A stretch of 64,000 bases of DNA from Eledone cirrhosa (GCA_964016885.1 OZ024742.1:128960001-129024000); one strand, 5' to 3'; numbered from the stretch's first letter, positions 25,195 through 37,935 are shown. Notes: generated from the letters alone by a model not told the origin. A program made the numbers and translations.

Positions 25195-25435
25195 TTTAGC
25201 TATCTGGCATTAATTCGCCCTTAGCGAATAATATTACGTAGCTCTCTAAGATACAAAGGCTGCAGCACTTGTGTCTCCCCCTTGTATGAGCGCACTTTCT
25301 GGAGTATTTTCCATTTAAGCATAAGGGGGGGGGGGTTCCTTTTGAGGTCCCAAACATAGGAGGCGAGTGTTGTCTGATTTGATTTGTCTGGTCTTCTGAA
25401 AGAGTGGGTATGGGCATTGTCGACACCTGGAATAT
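25195..25435 (-). pseudogene. Penelope-like (Naiad-type) GIY-YIG endonuclease C-terminal fragment
   Basis: Frameshifted HSF..KSNQTTLASYVWDLK..LKWKIL..CSLCILESYVIL..GELM pattern. Confidence 0.65.
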
Positions 25436-25720
25436 ATATTAAGTGAAACTTCACAATAAGGGGGTTCACCCCAACACTTGAATCTGTTGAAAGAACTCTT
25501 TCTGCCTTTGTCACCCATATATCAGCCTTAGAGAATTAGCTTCTAAAGAATTTCCATTTTCTTTAAACCATTGAACTCCACCCATCCTGTAGACACAAGT
25601 GATAAACAAGGATTGGTATTCCAATTTTGAATTTGTTTACAGTATTTTTTCTGCCTTTGTTAATATTATAGCTTTAAAGAATTAGCTTTTAATGAACTCC
25701 CTTTTCTTTAAATCCTTCAA

Positions 25721-26260
25721 CCACTTTTTATTAAGTTAATAATTTGCAAAATATTATTGAAAGTTTATTATAAAGAAGCAGTTTCAGGAAAAAAGTGTAA
25801 ACTATCATACAAACCTTCATAATATGCATTTTTAAACTTGCATATCATCGACATTGCTATTTCGCTGTTAATAAACTATCATCCTTCTACATTTAACGAT
25901 CATACAGTACTGTTTTATGAAATCGATTCTGCAGTACGGTCACTGTTTTCCATCAAAAGAAATAAAACGCTTAAATTGCGAAGAAGGGACGCGTGTTTTT
26001 TATTTTAATTCTAATACATGTTAACCACCACTAACAGTAAGTAGTATTTTTCAAATTGCATATCATCGACATTGCTATTTCACTGTTAATAAACAACACT
26101 TTTCACGTCGCTCCACTTCTCATTGTACGCCGTCCAGCCCCAAGTGCATATTTCTATTTTTTTTCCTGAAACTGCTTCTTTATAATAAACTTTCAATAAT
26201 ATTTTGCAAATTATTAACTTAATAAAAGTGGCCCCGGGTGCAACCGGGCTCAGCTGCTAG
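25721..26260 (+). mobile_element. Helitron-type 3' end with upstream inverted duplication
   Basis: CCCGG-GTGCAA-CCGGG hairpin then CTAG-T at 26257-26261; about 73-bp inverted repeat 25721-25795 / 26159-26231. Confidence 0.65.
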
Positions 26261-26899
26261 TATATATATATTTAAAAAAATATAGAAATGGCTTTTACAG
26301 GACTAGAACTGTTTAATTCAGGAGAAATCATCAGGGCTTCCCAAATGAAACAGTTCTAGTCCCGTAGAAGCCATTTCTATATTAAATATTTATACTCTGC
26401 TATGTATTGAGTACCTTACTTACTGTCGTTACCCCTGATTGAACCCGGGATAAACTTATATATATATATATATACACATACATATATGAATAAACATTAA
26501 GACTTACTTGTGTTATATATATATTTGAAAAGTAGGGATAAAGTTTCATATAAATCAAAGGTTATAGTTAAAAAGTAAAAGTGAAAAAGCACAGAAGTAT
26601 ATCTAAAGATTATTTTTTCCTTCATCTGACAGAAGGAATAATTTTATAATTGTTGCATGAAATATAACTGGTTTCGATTGGTATATCAAGCTTATTAAAT
26701 ATCAAAAAAAAGTTTTTTCATATATTCTGTGAGCAGTTTCAATATATGTGAATTCTCTGTCAATTTTCCTTATATATTCTTATATATTCTTTATGAAGGT
26801 GCAGTAGTGAAAGTGGAAGTGGGGTTCAACAGGACAGAATTCAATTGTGGCTTCTGTCCTCTGGGATTTCCTGGCACTTCACCCAGCGATCATCATCCA

Positions 26900-28200
26900 C
26901 ATGAATGTAGTCTTCTCTCTTGCACATCACTTGGGATTCCTTTTAAATCCAGTTCCTCCCTCAGTTCACCTAAGCTCTGCCTTTCTCTCACATTTACATT
27001 GAACATCCAACAAAGTATGGTTGCTTCATTTCTCTCCAGTCTACACACGTCCTCTGCAGTCACTGCCTATGTTTCACTACTATGCAGCATCACACTTCAT
27101 ACACAGGCATCATACAGTTGTCCTTTTGTATGTGGGGAGAATTTTTGTTGTTGTCAACAGTGAGAGTAGCACTTTAAACCTTCCCTATCCTATCATTATT
27201 CTCGCTATTATGTTCTCAGAGCACCCTCCTCTGCTTCTAATTAAGTTACCTAGATAGCAGAAGCTATCAACCACTTCTATGGATCCTTCCCATAATTGAA
27301 AAAGGTTTATATCACTGACCTCTTCCCCTTGATTACCCCTGTGTATCTACATACAAAGTCTTACATTCCTGTAAGTCTACCTGTTATCCCATTACATCTC
27401 TTGTGTATCCAGGACTTACATTGTGTATACATTGTATAGAGTTTATGCCAACTCCTTTTCTACATATTGAGCATGGCCTCTTCACTGAGGGAATCGAGGT
27501 CTTATCTTCTTTCCTATTTACTAGCACTTTAGTTTTGGCTAAATTTACTCTCAGACCTTTTGATTCCAAATTCTATTTTCATAGTCAGAACGAACTTATT
27601 CTCTAATTCTTTTATGGATATAGCTATAAGGACCAGGTCGTCTGTGTAAAAAGGTTCCCATGGACAGTCAGTCTTAACCTAATTTCCTTAAGGACCACCA
27701 GATAATAGACTGAGGTACTCTTTTCTAAAGCAACAAAAGTTAAATATAGCAGCTTATTCTTGGCTAGAACTTCTTTTGTAGTTGTCTCACTAAGAAAAGG
27801 GCACTTGTAGTACTTTTCCCAGTCAAGAAACGAAACTGCATCTGAGCAATTATCTCTGATGGTCCTGCAGCTTTACCATTTATCAGCTCCTTAATTGCTT
27901 TGATCCTATAACTTTCAACTTCAATAACTGGTCCTTCTGTTGGGTAAGTTGTGGGTAGTCTCTCTACTCCCATTCATTCCCTGTATTCATCAGTCTCTCA
28001 CAGCAACATTTCCAGGCCTCTATTTTGAGTATCAGTGGTGCTAAGTGCACCGGAGTCATTTTTAACAGACTTTTCCCCTACTACATCCTGATCACTACTG
28101 GCACAGCCTTGCCATGGGGAACACTTCACATCTCTGATCCTCACATTGCAAGAGAATCCCTTATTGTTGTCTCCCAAGCTGCTAGAAATAGCAATTGGTT
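26900..28200 (-). mobile_element. Old, degenerate RTE-clade LINE
   Basis: - strand ORFs with ESKGLRVNLAKTKVL, PCSICRKGVG and GKSTTSALFLVRQLQ. Confidence 0.82.
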
Positions 28201-28259
28201 TGGTTAGTATACTCAGAATGTTTTTCTTCTTTGATTTTATAAATTTAGTATCACTAACT

Positions 28260-31125
28260 TAGTATCACTAACTTCAAAAAACGAGACAATCACTTGATCA
28301 CTTATAGATCAGGGGAACACACCAGCCAGATAGATTACATCCTTACCAGAAGATGTGACAGAGTGTCTGTTGTAAACACTAAATCCCTCCCCCATGAAGA
28401 ATGCACCTCTCGACATAGACTCATAATTAGCGACCTCATAGTCAGGACGAGACGTACTCGACAACAGAGGAGGACTATCCTCAGGAGAAAAATATGGAAG
28501 CTAAAGGACCCCACAGCCAGTAATAAATTTAAAAGCATATTACTTGATGCTTTTGATAGTAAGGAAGAGCAATTAGAGTCATACAATATAGAGGAACAGT
28601 GGGAATTCCTGAAAGCTAACCTGCTGAAGGCGACAGATGAAATCTGTGGATGGAGCAGACCTATAGGCAGGAGGAGAGTAACTTGGTGGTGGAACAGTAA
28701 GGTGGAGGAGTCAATCAAGGCCAAAAAGCAGGCTTGGAAAGCATGGTGGGATGGGGGAAGTAGAGAAGACTATCAAGTGGTCAGGAGGGAAGCTAGGAGA
28801 CAAGTGTACTTCGCAAGAAGGGAAGCAGAGGAAAGAAAGATCAAGCATGTTCTATAACGCGAGGACCAAAAACGTGAGGTGTTCAGGATTGCTAGGCAAT
28901 GTGTCAAGGAAAACCATGATATTGTCGGGGAGAAGTGTGTCCTTAATGATGATGGTGTACCTGCCATCACTGACGCTGATAAGAAGGTAGGTTGGAAGTG
29001 TCACTACGAAAGGCTACTAAATGAGGAGAATAAATGGGAGAAAGACGGTCTCCCCCACATCGATCCAATAGAGGGACCAGCAATGCAAGTTAAAGGTAGT
29101 ATAATAAGTAAGGCGATCTAAGATATGAAGACAGGCAAGGCGGCTGCGCCTTCGGAAATAGTTGCTGAAATGCTGAAAGCATCTGGAATGGTGGGACACA
29201 CTATGGTCACCCGGATAGTCATACAGAATGGGGTCGTTCCGAAGGACTGGCATAGCAGCATCATCATTAACTGCTACAAGGGTAAAGGAGATGCCCTAGA
29301 TAGGGGAAACTATAGAGGCATTAAATTAATTGACCAGGTCATGAAGGTCACAGAAAAAGTAATAGCGCAACTAATCAGAGAGCGAATTGATCTAGATGAA
29401 ATGCAGTTCAGGTTTGTGTCAGGTAAAAGTACCACAGACGCTCTTTTCATTGTACGACAACTACAGAAGTACCTAGCTAAAAGTAAACCCCTATACTTAG
29501 CTTTTGTTGACTTGGAGAAAGCCTTTGACAGAGTCCCCCGCTCCATTATCTGGTGGGCTCTGAGAAAACTAGGTGTTGATGAGTAGCTTGTGAGAGCTAT
29601 ACAAACCATGTATAAAGAAACAGTCAGCAAGGTTAGAATTAACAACGAATATAGTGAAGAGTTTAGCGTAAAAGTTGGTGTTCATCAAGACTCCGTCCGT
29701 AGCCCCCTACTATTTATTATTATCCTGCAGGCCATAACAGAGGAGTTCAAGACCGGCTGCCCAGGGGAACTCCTATATGCAGATGATCTAACACTCATAA
29801 CTGAATCAATGGCTGAACTAGAGAAGAAATTCCAAACATGGAAGCATGGCCTAGAATCAAAAGGCCTTAAAATTAACCTGTCTAAGACTAAAGTTCTAGT
29901 TTGTAGGAAGAAAAATAGGGCACCAGTCCCATCTGGGAAATGGCCATGCTCAGTGTGTAGGAAAGGAGTAGGCAGAAACTCCATTTTATGTCCCAAATGC
30001 AAAGTATGGGTGCATAAAAGATGTAGTGGGATCACAGGTAAGCTAACTAAGAATATAGATTTTATATGTGGCCGGTGCTCAGGTACAATAAGTAGCAGCA
30101 AGTGCCCACAGAACACTAGCTCATTCCATTGCACAGATGGTTCTATATAAATAGTGGACACCTTCCGTTACCTGGGTGACAAAATCAGCAGTGGTGGAGG
30201 GTGCTCTGAAAGTACAGTAGCTAGAGTCAGAACGGGATGGAAAAAGTTCAGAGAGCTTATACCACTATTGGCCGCTAAAGGGTTCTTTCTAAAAATGAAA
30301 GGCAGGCTGTATGATGCCTGCATACGAACAGCAATGTTACATGGCAGTGAGACTTGGGCATTGTGTGCAGAGGATAAACGCAGACTGGAGAGGAACAAAG
30401 CTTGCATGCTCCGTTGGATATGTAATACGTGAACGGCAAAGCATAAATGAACAAAGGGAGAAATTAGGAATAAGAGGGATCAGATGTTGTTTACTCGAGA
30501 GAAGACTACGTTGGTATGGTCACGTGTTGCGCATGAAAGACGACAGCTGTATAAAAAAGTGCAGGGCGATAAAAATAGACGGTAGCCACGGAGTAGGCAG
30601 ACCCAGAAAAACTTGGGACGACTTGATAAATTCCGACCTCACACACTTACACCTCTCCAAGACAATGTCACTGGGCCGAGATCTTTGGCGCTACACAGTA
30701 ATACAGAAGACCCGCCTTGCCTAAGTACAAAGCGAAACCTAGAGTCAGTAGGCACCTCTTATCAAAAATAAACCCCCCCCCCCCACGTCCCACTACCCCC
30801 ACCCCATCCACACCACCCCTTTCGATGTAAAGTTATGTTGGTACCACAACATCCAGTTCGAAATAAATGCGGTCGTGTAGGTGTCACGACAAAAAAACAC
30901 ACAGTCCACGCTGTAATGTGGCCGTGTAGGTAACACTGTAAAAACCTCCCAGTCCACACTGTAAATGTGGTTGGTGTTAGGAAGGGCATCCAGCCGTAGA
31001 AAACCCGCCAGACAGTCCTATACGAGCAAGACAACCAATCTTGCCTCAAGTGGGAAAATTCCCGTTCAAACCCATGCAAGCGTGGAAGATGGACGTTAAA
31101 CGATGATGATGATGATGATGATGAT
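28260..31125 (+). mobile_element. 5'-truncated RTE-clade LINE (EN C-terminus, RT, PHD-type finger, 3' UTR, (GAT)n tail)
   Basis: SQIDYIL, TWWWN, GNYRGIKL, DLEKAFDRV, LLYADDL, HGSETW, RLRWYGHV, GRPRKTW; a few stops and frameshifts. Confidence 0.93.
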
Positions 31126-31282
31126 AATATCAATAAACCTTTTTAAATATACCCTTATTCCATTGCTGTACTTACTTTTTGATTGTCAGTTTTCATTTTT
31201 GTGTGATATGCTAAGGAACCAACCAACAAACATCTCTCTTTTATATTATGTATTGATTATTTGATTATATATATATATAAAC

Positions 31283-31490
31283 TGAAGGCGTGTGGCTGAG
31301 TGGTTAGAGAATTGGATTCACAATCTTGACGTTGTGAGTTCGATTCCTGGACCGGGTGATACATTATGTCCTTGAGCAAGACATTTTATTTCACGTTGTT
31401 CCTTCTACCTGGAGTTGCAACCGATTAATAGTATTAGCAACTGGAAAGACCAACGAAAACATTGTTTCCTTGGTTCGATTTGACAAAAGT
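31283..31490 (+). mobile_element. tRNA-derived SINE family B (other copies ~42617-42800 +, ~59035-59350 +, ~49460-49585 -, ~53050-53140 -)
   Basis: A-box TGGCTGAGTGG, B-box GAGTTCGATTCC, CORE-like TGTCCTTGAGCAAGACA block. Confidence 0.8.
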
Positions 31491-31899
31491 CGATATATAT
31501 ATTGCTTAGTGCTCATTTTGGTGTGAGAATTAAATTAACAGATTTAAAAAATTTTGCATTTTGAATACTGAAAATTTAAGGAACTGTAAACTTGTTTTAA
31601 TGCTATTAACTATGTATTGGTTAAATATTACCTATATAACTTTTTTATAAATCATATGCACCCCTACCCCTCACCCCCCGAATAAAAACAGTTATTCAAA
31701 TCTATTTATTTATATAGTTTCTATTAATTAAAAAAAAAAAAAAAGGCTATATTAAGAAAAGCACTTTCAACGTATAAATAATGTAAATTCTTAATGACTA
31801 TTATAATATGCAATAAAAAAAAACTATGCACGGACCTCAAACAAAATACATGAACAGTGAACACCATAAAATAACCATTAATAGTATTTACTATTTAAT

Positions 31900-32790
31900 T
31901 AAATGACCATTGCCTTCTCCAGTCAAAATGAGGTAAACTTTGTCTTGATTTCTGTATATTTAATATGAATTTGTGCCTATTTCCGTAGCCTATTCTGACT
32001 TCAGAAGCTTTTGTCGCTAAATTGATTGCGTGCTTGACTCCTTGGCTATGAACGAGCTTTAAGAAGATCAACATTTGTAAAGTTCCGTAAAACTGGAGGG
32101 GATATTATAACTTCATTTTCTCAGTTAATCAAATCAACAAAATCCTGTGCTTCAAAATTAATTTTGTTTGGTAGTTTGAAATTTCTTAATTCTTCGCTGA
32201 ATTGCTACTTCCCTAATTTGTCGTTTTCCATCATTCAGCATAGTCAGTAAAATATTCTCCAGATGGGCAAAATACGGAATTAGTTTTTAACGATTTCTCC
32301 ATAACTTCTTTATGATGATCTTGGTTCATATCTTGCATTAGATGTGCCATATACCAAAAATTACTTGCTCCTTCATGTAACTTTGGGTGAGATTTAATCC
32401 AGAACCAGCTTGGAGCATAAACTTGCGTTATGATTTTAACAAGATCCATAATATTCTTTTGGGGATTTTTTTCAGAAACATATAAGCGAAGAATTCTGTT
32501 TGCGCATGTTAATCACCTTGCATGATGGATTTTACCAGGTGATCTTGCTGCTAACTGCTTCATAGGTATTTTGTTTAATTTATAAGCAGATTCAATCAAT
32601 CTCTCAATTTTTAGAGCTATTCCCTCAAACCCAATATAAGGAAAAGAAAATTTGTCCCATATTGTTTGCACATCTGCAGCAACAATCTGGTAGCATTCTT
32701 TCACTGTGGGTGAAGTTTTTGATATCTGTTCTTCACGTTTTCTTATGTATAAATAATGTCGGAATACATCAGCCTCATATAACCCTAATT
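31900..32790 (-). mobile_element. Degenerate DNA transposase relic, probably hAT superfamily
   Basis: ANRILRLYVS, QVYAPSWFWIK and VHSQGVKHAINLATKAS resemble the ANRxLRLY / HTQAVER motifs of divergent hAT transposases. Confidence 0.6.
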
Positions 32791-32887
32791 TTCATATATT
32801 TTATTTAAAATACTATTTGAAACTCTGTCCATAGCGTGGAATTAAGGTTCTTTAAAAATGGTTGTGTTTCAAGCCCCCCCCCCCCCC

Positions 32888-32928
<41 letters not shown>

Positions 32929-33335
32929 TTATCATCATCCTTTTATGTCCCTTTTTCCATGCTTGATAAGTTAAGCTTCTCCAACATAGCCTCCCTCTAC
33001 TTGTTGTGTTCCTTTGTCATCTCCTGTGTGAGGTTCTATATTTTCAGATCTGCTCTCACCACTTCTGCACAGGTCTATCTGACCATGCTTCTGTGCCTGT
33101 TGAGTTTATCTCAAACCAGCAGAGTCTCCATTACCACTGCCAAGCAAGGGATTTCTGGAAATTATCCATAGCCTCCAGTTCAAAAGTCCTCTGGAACAGA
33201 CTGGACAGTTTGATTTTGTCGATGCTGAGAGCCCCTTAAAGAGTGTCGTCGCACTTGGCCACTAATCCTCTATAAAATTCGTTTTTGTATTTGTTTTTTA
33301 AGAATTTTTTTATCTGAAAACGTGTATTGAAACAG

Positions 33336-33594
33336 ATATTGTTATACTTTGAGAGGGCCATGTTGCCAATAAAAACACATGGACCTGTGGGGTTTCATTT
33401 CAATTTCATTTCAATTTATTATAGTTTCCTGGTTGGTTAGTTTAATAACAGGATGGTTGTTTATTTGTTGACAATCAACAAATAAACAACCATCCAGTTA
33501 TTAAAATAACTGACTGGGAAATTATAATAATAATTTGAAATAAAACCCAACAGGTGCATGTGTTTTTATGGGCAGCATGGCCCTCTCAAAGTAT

Positions 33595-33602
<8 letters not shown>
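33336..33602. repeat. Foldback element 1 (~130-bp arms)
   Basis: atattgttatactttgagagggcca ... tggccctctcaaagtataacaatat; centre gttgtttatttgttga/tcaacaaataaacaac. Confidence 0.9.
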
Positions 33603-33630
<28 letters not shown>

Positions 33631-33633
<3 letters not shown>

Positions 33634-33751
33634 AAAAGAATCAGGACCCCGACGGCTGAACTCTGGCCATTTCGACAGCTAGATCTGAACAGTTCAGATC
33701 TAGCTGTTGAAATGGCCGGAGCTCAGCCGTCGGGGTCCTGATTCTTTGCCT
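33631..33751. repeat. Foldback element 2 (60-bp arms, 1-nt loop, 4 mismatches) within (TA)n
   Basis: Arms compared base by base. Confidence 0.95.
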
Positions 33752-33769
33752 ATATATATATATATATAT

Positions 33770-34230
33770 ATATGAATGTATGTATAGTATATTTGGCAAT
33801 ATACCGTATGTTTAATTTAAAACATTTAGAAGATCATTCGCTATCAGTTTTAAAGTAGTGACTATGTCACTTATTTATTTTCGGCAAAGGCTGGGAGGGA
33901 AGCTGACAGCTGTTTTTCATTGTTTGGCGTTTATCAAAGCCACATGCTTACTTGCCTTTGCTGAAAATTATAGAAGCTGGATTCTTATAGAATTCCAGTA
34001 ATAATCAAGAGCTGATTATACAGAGCGATTGCCAATCCAGCAAAAATTAGGTATTAGGATTGGTTCTCTGAAATAGGGATATATACATGCAAACTGTGAG
34101 AAACAGCTGTCAGCCTCTCTCCCAACCTTTGCTGAAAATAAATAAGTGACATAGTCACTACTTTAAAACTGATAATGTTTTTACTTAAACATATGGTGTA
34201 TTGCCAAATATATATATATTCATTCATATA
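33770..34230. repeat. Foldback element 3 (~140-bp arms, ~160-bp spacer)
   Basis: tatcagttttaaagtagtgactatgtcacttatttatttt / aaaataaataagtgacatagtcactactttaaaactgata. Confidence 0.9.
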
Positions 34231-34557
34231 TACATTGCTATTTCAGAGCACCAATACTAATATATATATATATATATATAGCAAAACAGTCAATAGAATA
34301 AGTGTATATTTATCTTATTGAAGCTGGTGGGTCTTGCTCTGAGCAATAATTTTTCTACAGTATCAGAGTAACATTAACCATGATGGGATTTTACATGCCC
34401 TGGCAAACTGGCAAATTGATGCAATTGATGTTCAGTGAGAATACTTTAGGTTGATCTCTGTAGGAAACAAAATGGGTAGGAAGGCAATTTCAGGTTGTTG
34501 CAGTTTACAATTACTTGTTCCTTTGAATGACCAAAGTATAACATATCATTTATTTAG

Positions 34558-34768
34558 GTACAACCGAATTTTGAAGATTATGATACCTTTAATGTTGGCT
34601 CAATTACCAAAGCTCAGTTTCGACGGGGTTTGTCATCACTTGGCTTTAGTAAAATAGGTTTCCATGATCTGACTGATGAACAGTTTCAGATGCTCTGTGA
34701 TAAATACCAAGATATACGTATCGAAGACAGGGTTGCATGGACTAAGTTCACCCATGATATTAATCTAG
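34558..34768 (+). CDS. Multi-EF-hand host protein exon 3 (VQPNFEDYDTFNVGSITKAQFRRGL...VAWTKFTHDINL)
   Basis: tttag acceptor, tag|gtaagt donor, EF-hand-like loop DYDTFNVGSITKAQF, phase 0 in and 1 out. Confidence 0.88.
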
Positions 34769-35639
34769 GTAAGTAACACTGGTTTTTCTTGTCTTGTAGT
34801 TCATAGGTTTTTCTAATCAGCATGTTTGAGAAGACAGAAATTAGGATTTTAAATATAAAAAACAAAAGGTTAGGCAAAGCAGACATAAAATGATTTCATG
34901 AATAAAATTAACAAAGTATTTTTTTTCTTTTATTAATTTCAATCATAAGACTGTAGCCATGTTGGGGTGTGCTGTCTTAAATGGATTCTTAATCAATGAT
35001 ATTAACCCCAGTATTTATTTATCGATCTCTTTTTCTCAACTCACTAAGTTACAGGGCATTAACACAGACACTCAAACACAGACACAGAAAAACACCAGAT
35101 AAAGGATGGAATCTTAGATATATTATGAAATCCCTCCAAATTCTAGATCATTTTCAAAATTATTTGAAAATAATAGGCAATGTTTTTTATTAGAAATATT
35201 GTAATGAAATGGTTAACATCACCACTAAGCTCTTCAAGCCCTTTACTAGACAATTGAAAGCAGTCAGGCTATTATTTGGTATAAGGATACTTTTCTCTTT
35301 CTTTTTACCAGTCATGGAGGCCCTGAAATAGGGTATTGGCACTGTCCTTCTATTCTTGACTAAACAGTAAAAAGAAAGTGGAGTGTGTTAAACTTAATTT
35401 TTTTATCACCCACAATCTGAGAGGGACATAAACTAACATCTCCAATAGCGAGGTCAAATGCAAAGCAAGAAACATGCAGACGCTTATCTATTAGTTCTAA
35501 TGTTTAGCAAGAAGGATAGTGTGAACCAGACAGTGTTTTTGGCATTTATTTCTCTTTGGTGATATTGGGCTGAAGTTGTTATTAATTTTCTCTAAGGCAT
35601 CAATGTAATAGGGTACTGCTTTATTAAAAATATGCAGAG

Positions 35640-36113
35640 CACTAGAAGTCAATGGAAACCGTGGAGTGGGGAGACCCAAGAAGACTTGGGATGAGGGGAT
35701 AAAAGCCGACCTTACCCAATTACACCTCTCAAAGGCGATGACACACGACCGTGACCTCTGGCGTCACGCAATAATACAGAGTACCCGATCTCCCATGGGT
35801 ACAAGCTGAACCATATAGACAATATGCCCCTACACCCTCCCACTGCAAGGTGGTTGTGGAGGTGCCATGGCAAAAAAGCACCCAGCCCACACTGTAAAGT
35901 GGATGTGTAGACGCCACTGAAAAAAAAGCACCCAGCACTCACTGTAAATGAAATTGGTGTTAGGAAGGGCATCCAGCTGTAGAAATCAAACCAAAATCAG
36001 TTTCTGTATGAGCAAGGCATAGTCAGCCGACCAGACACTGCCCACAACAGGACAACCCGTCTAACCCATGCTAGCATGGAAGAACGGACGTCAAACGGTG
36101 ATGATGATGATGA
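35640..36113 (+). mobile_element. RTE LINE 3' fragment with (GAT)n tail
   Basis: GRPKKTW coding end and a 3' UTR shared with 30720-31125. Confidence 0.85.
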
Positions 36114-37086
36114 TCTCTGATAGATGAGAAATTGGAAATTCTTCTGCTTATGTTTTTGACTAAATTTTTAAACACTATTGCTGGAAGGATTCAACATTTC
36201 TATAGGATCATATATCTTTTAGATATTCTTTAGATCTAGAGTGACATCTAGGAAGTTTACAGTGGTTAGGTTAGCATCTTTAGTGATTTTTAAACTGAAG
36301 GATTTAAGGCTGAAGCATATGGATAAAAAAAGATCTTCTAGGGTTTAATCTAACTAAATCACATACGATAAGTGAGCCATGCTAACATCAAATGAGTTGT
36401 TCAAATTTGATTTTTTTACCCATTCAGTGTTCTCACTTCAGAGGTGTTTTTATCTAGCATGCATTATTATTTTATGATCATCACTATCTATAAGTCAGAT
36501 TCTATCTGTGACAGCTTACAATATCCTATTGGATAAACTTGGTATTTCTCTTATCATTGATCGTACAAAGCCATATAATCACTTGCCCATCATTAGTCCA
36601 CTTTGCTATGTTTGTAGCCATGATATTAATATTCCTTAGTATGTTTTTGCTAACTATGTCAATTTCACTACCCCCTCCCCCCACCAATAACAATAACAAC
36701 AACTTCACCACCACAACTATAATCCTTATCATGAATATCAGGGATGTCTTTTTTTAGCAGCAATGTAAAAACTAACAGTTTGAGAGAGAACTGACATCTT
36801 AAAATGGATCTTTAAAAAGAATTTATCAAGATTGGAGGTTGACTATATTGTCAAGGATCTACCAACCATAAACAGGGTCTTGGGGTCTTGAAGGCTATGA
36901 AAAGGTTCAATAACAGAAACATTTAACTGTTCTGTAGTTGTCCTTGTTTTTTGGCTTTTTCTCTCTCCCTGCTTCCCTCTTATGTTTGTTTTTCAATTAT
37001 AAGAATTATTAGGTACCTTTCTCATTTGATCAAGGCTCACTAGCTCTTCACAGACATAAGTAAATAAATAAGATGTTTCTTTTCAG

Positions 37087-37291
37087 TATTTACCAAGTCT
37101 AACTTGGAGAAAAATCCCTCAGAAGAAATGCTACCTTCTGAAGCCTACCTCGTCCCCAACGCAGCAACTGCTGATTGGAGTAGAGCACCAGAAGAACAAA
37201 AAAAAGTGTTTGAAAATGGAATGAAGAGGATAAGAAAGTGTGTGAAAGAGAAGCGTTTGAGTATTGAACCTTACTTTCGGGATTTTGACCA
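37087..37291 (+). CDS. Multi-EF-hand host protein exon 4 (VFTKSNLEKNP...KRLSIEPYFRDFD)
   Basis: ttttcag acceptor, cca|gtgtgt donor, phase 1 in and 2 out. The FTxxxLEKxP motif recurs in exon 7. Confidence 0.85.
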
Positions 37292-37394
37292 GTGTGTTTG
37301 ATTATATATTCTTTTTAATTATAATTTACATGATCCATCCTCACAGCTATCTATCTCTTTCTGTCTGTCCATATGTATGTGTGTATGTTATATG

Positions 37395-37442
<48 letters not shown>

Positions 37443-37460
37443 AAGAGATAGATAGATATA

Positions 37461-37935
37461 TCATCATCATCATCATCGTTTGTCAATTTTCCACAGTTGC
37501 ATGAGTTAGATGGGTTGTCACATTATGAGACAAGTTAGGACAGGTGACCGAGTTCTTGTTCATACAAATCTGTATTCTGGCTTGGTTTCTATGACTAGGA
37601 AGACCTAACACCAACAACATTACAGTGTGGACTAAGTCCTTTTTGTTGTGGAACCAAAAGAACCATCTAACAGGGTGAACTGGGTTCTTTTTTGTTGTCA
37701 CCAACAAACCATCTTACAGGGTGGACTTAGTGCTTGATTGTTGTGGCAGCAACATTGTGGGATAACAGATGTGGAGTGCATCCAACTTTCCTAGGTCTTC
37801 CTCTTCATAGTTTCCATTGAATTTGAGCACCCTGCACATTTTTATGCAGCTGTCATCCTCCATATGCATCACAGGTCCATACCACCACAATCTCCTCTCC
37901 TGCACACTGCATTTGACTCCTCTTAGTGCATCTCC
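37461..37935 (-). mobile_element. RTE LINE 3' fragment
   Basis: ERRLWWYG..MEDDSCIK on the - strand; (ATC)n at the left end. Confidence 0.78.

Noticed and set aside
29310-30407. - strand ORFs opposite the RTE, Tx1 and Gypsy coding regions
   Set aside because: Antisense shadows of transposon ORFs with no independent motifs.
31283-31350. tRNA genes at SINE heads
   Set aside because: A and B boxes are present but there is no complete cloverleaf, and each continues into a SINE body.
35300-35640. Possible Naiad-type PLE RT fragment on the - strand (FNKAVPYYIDAL)
   Set aside because: Too short and decayed to support without an alignment.
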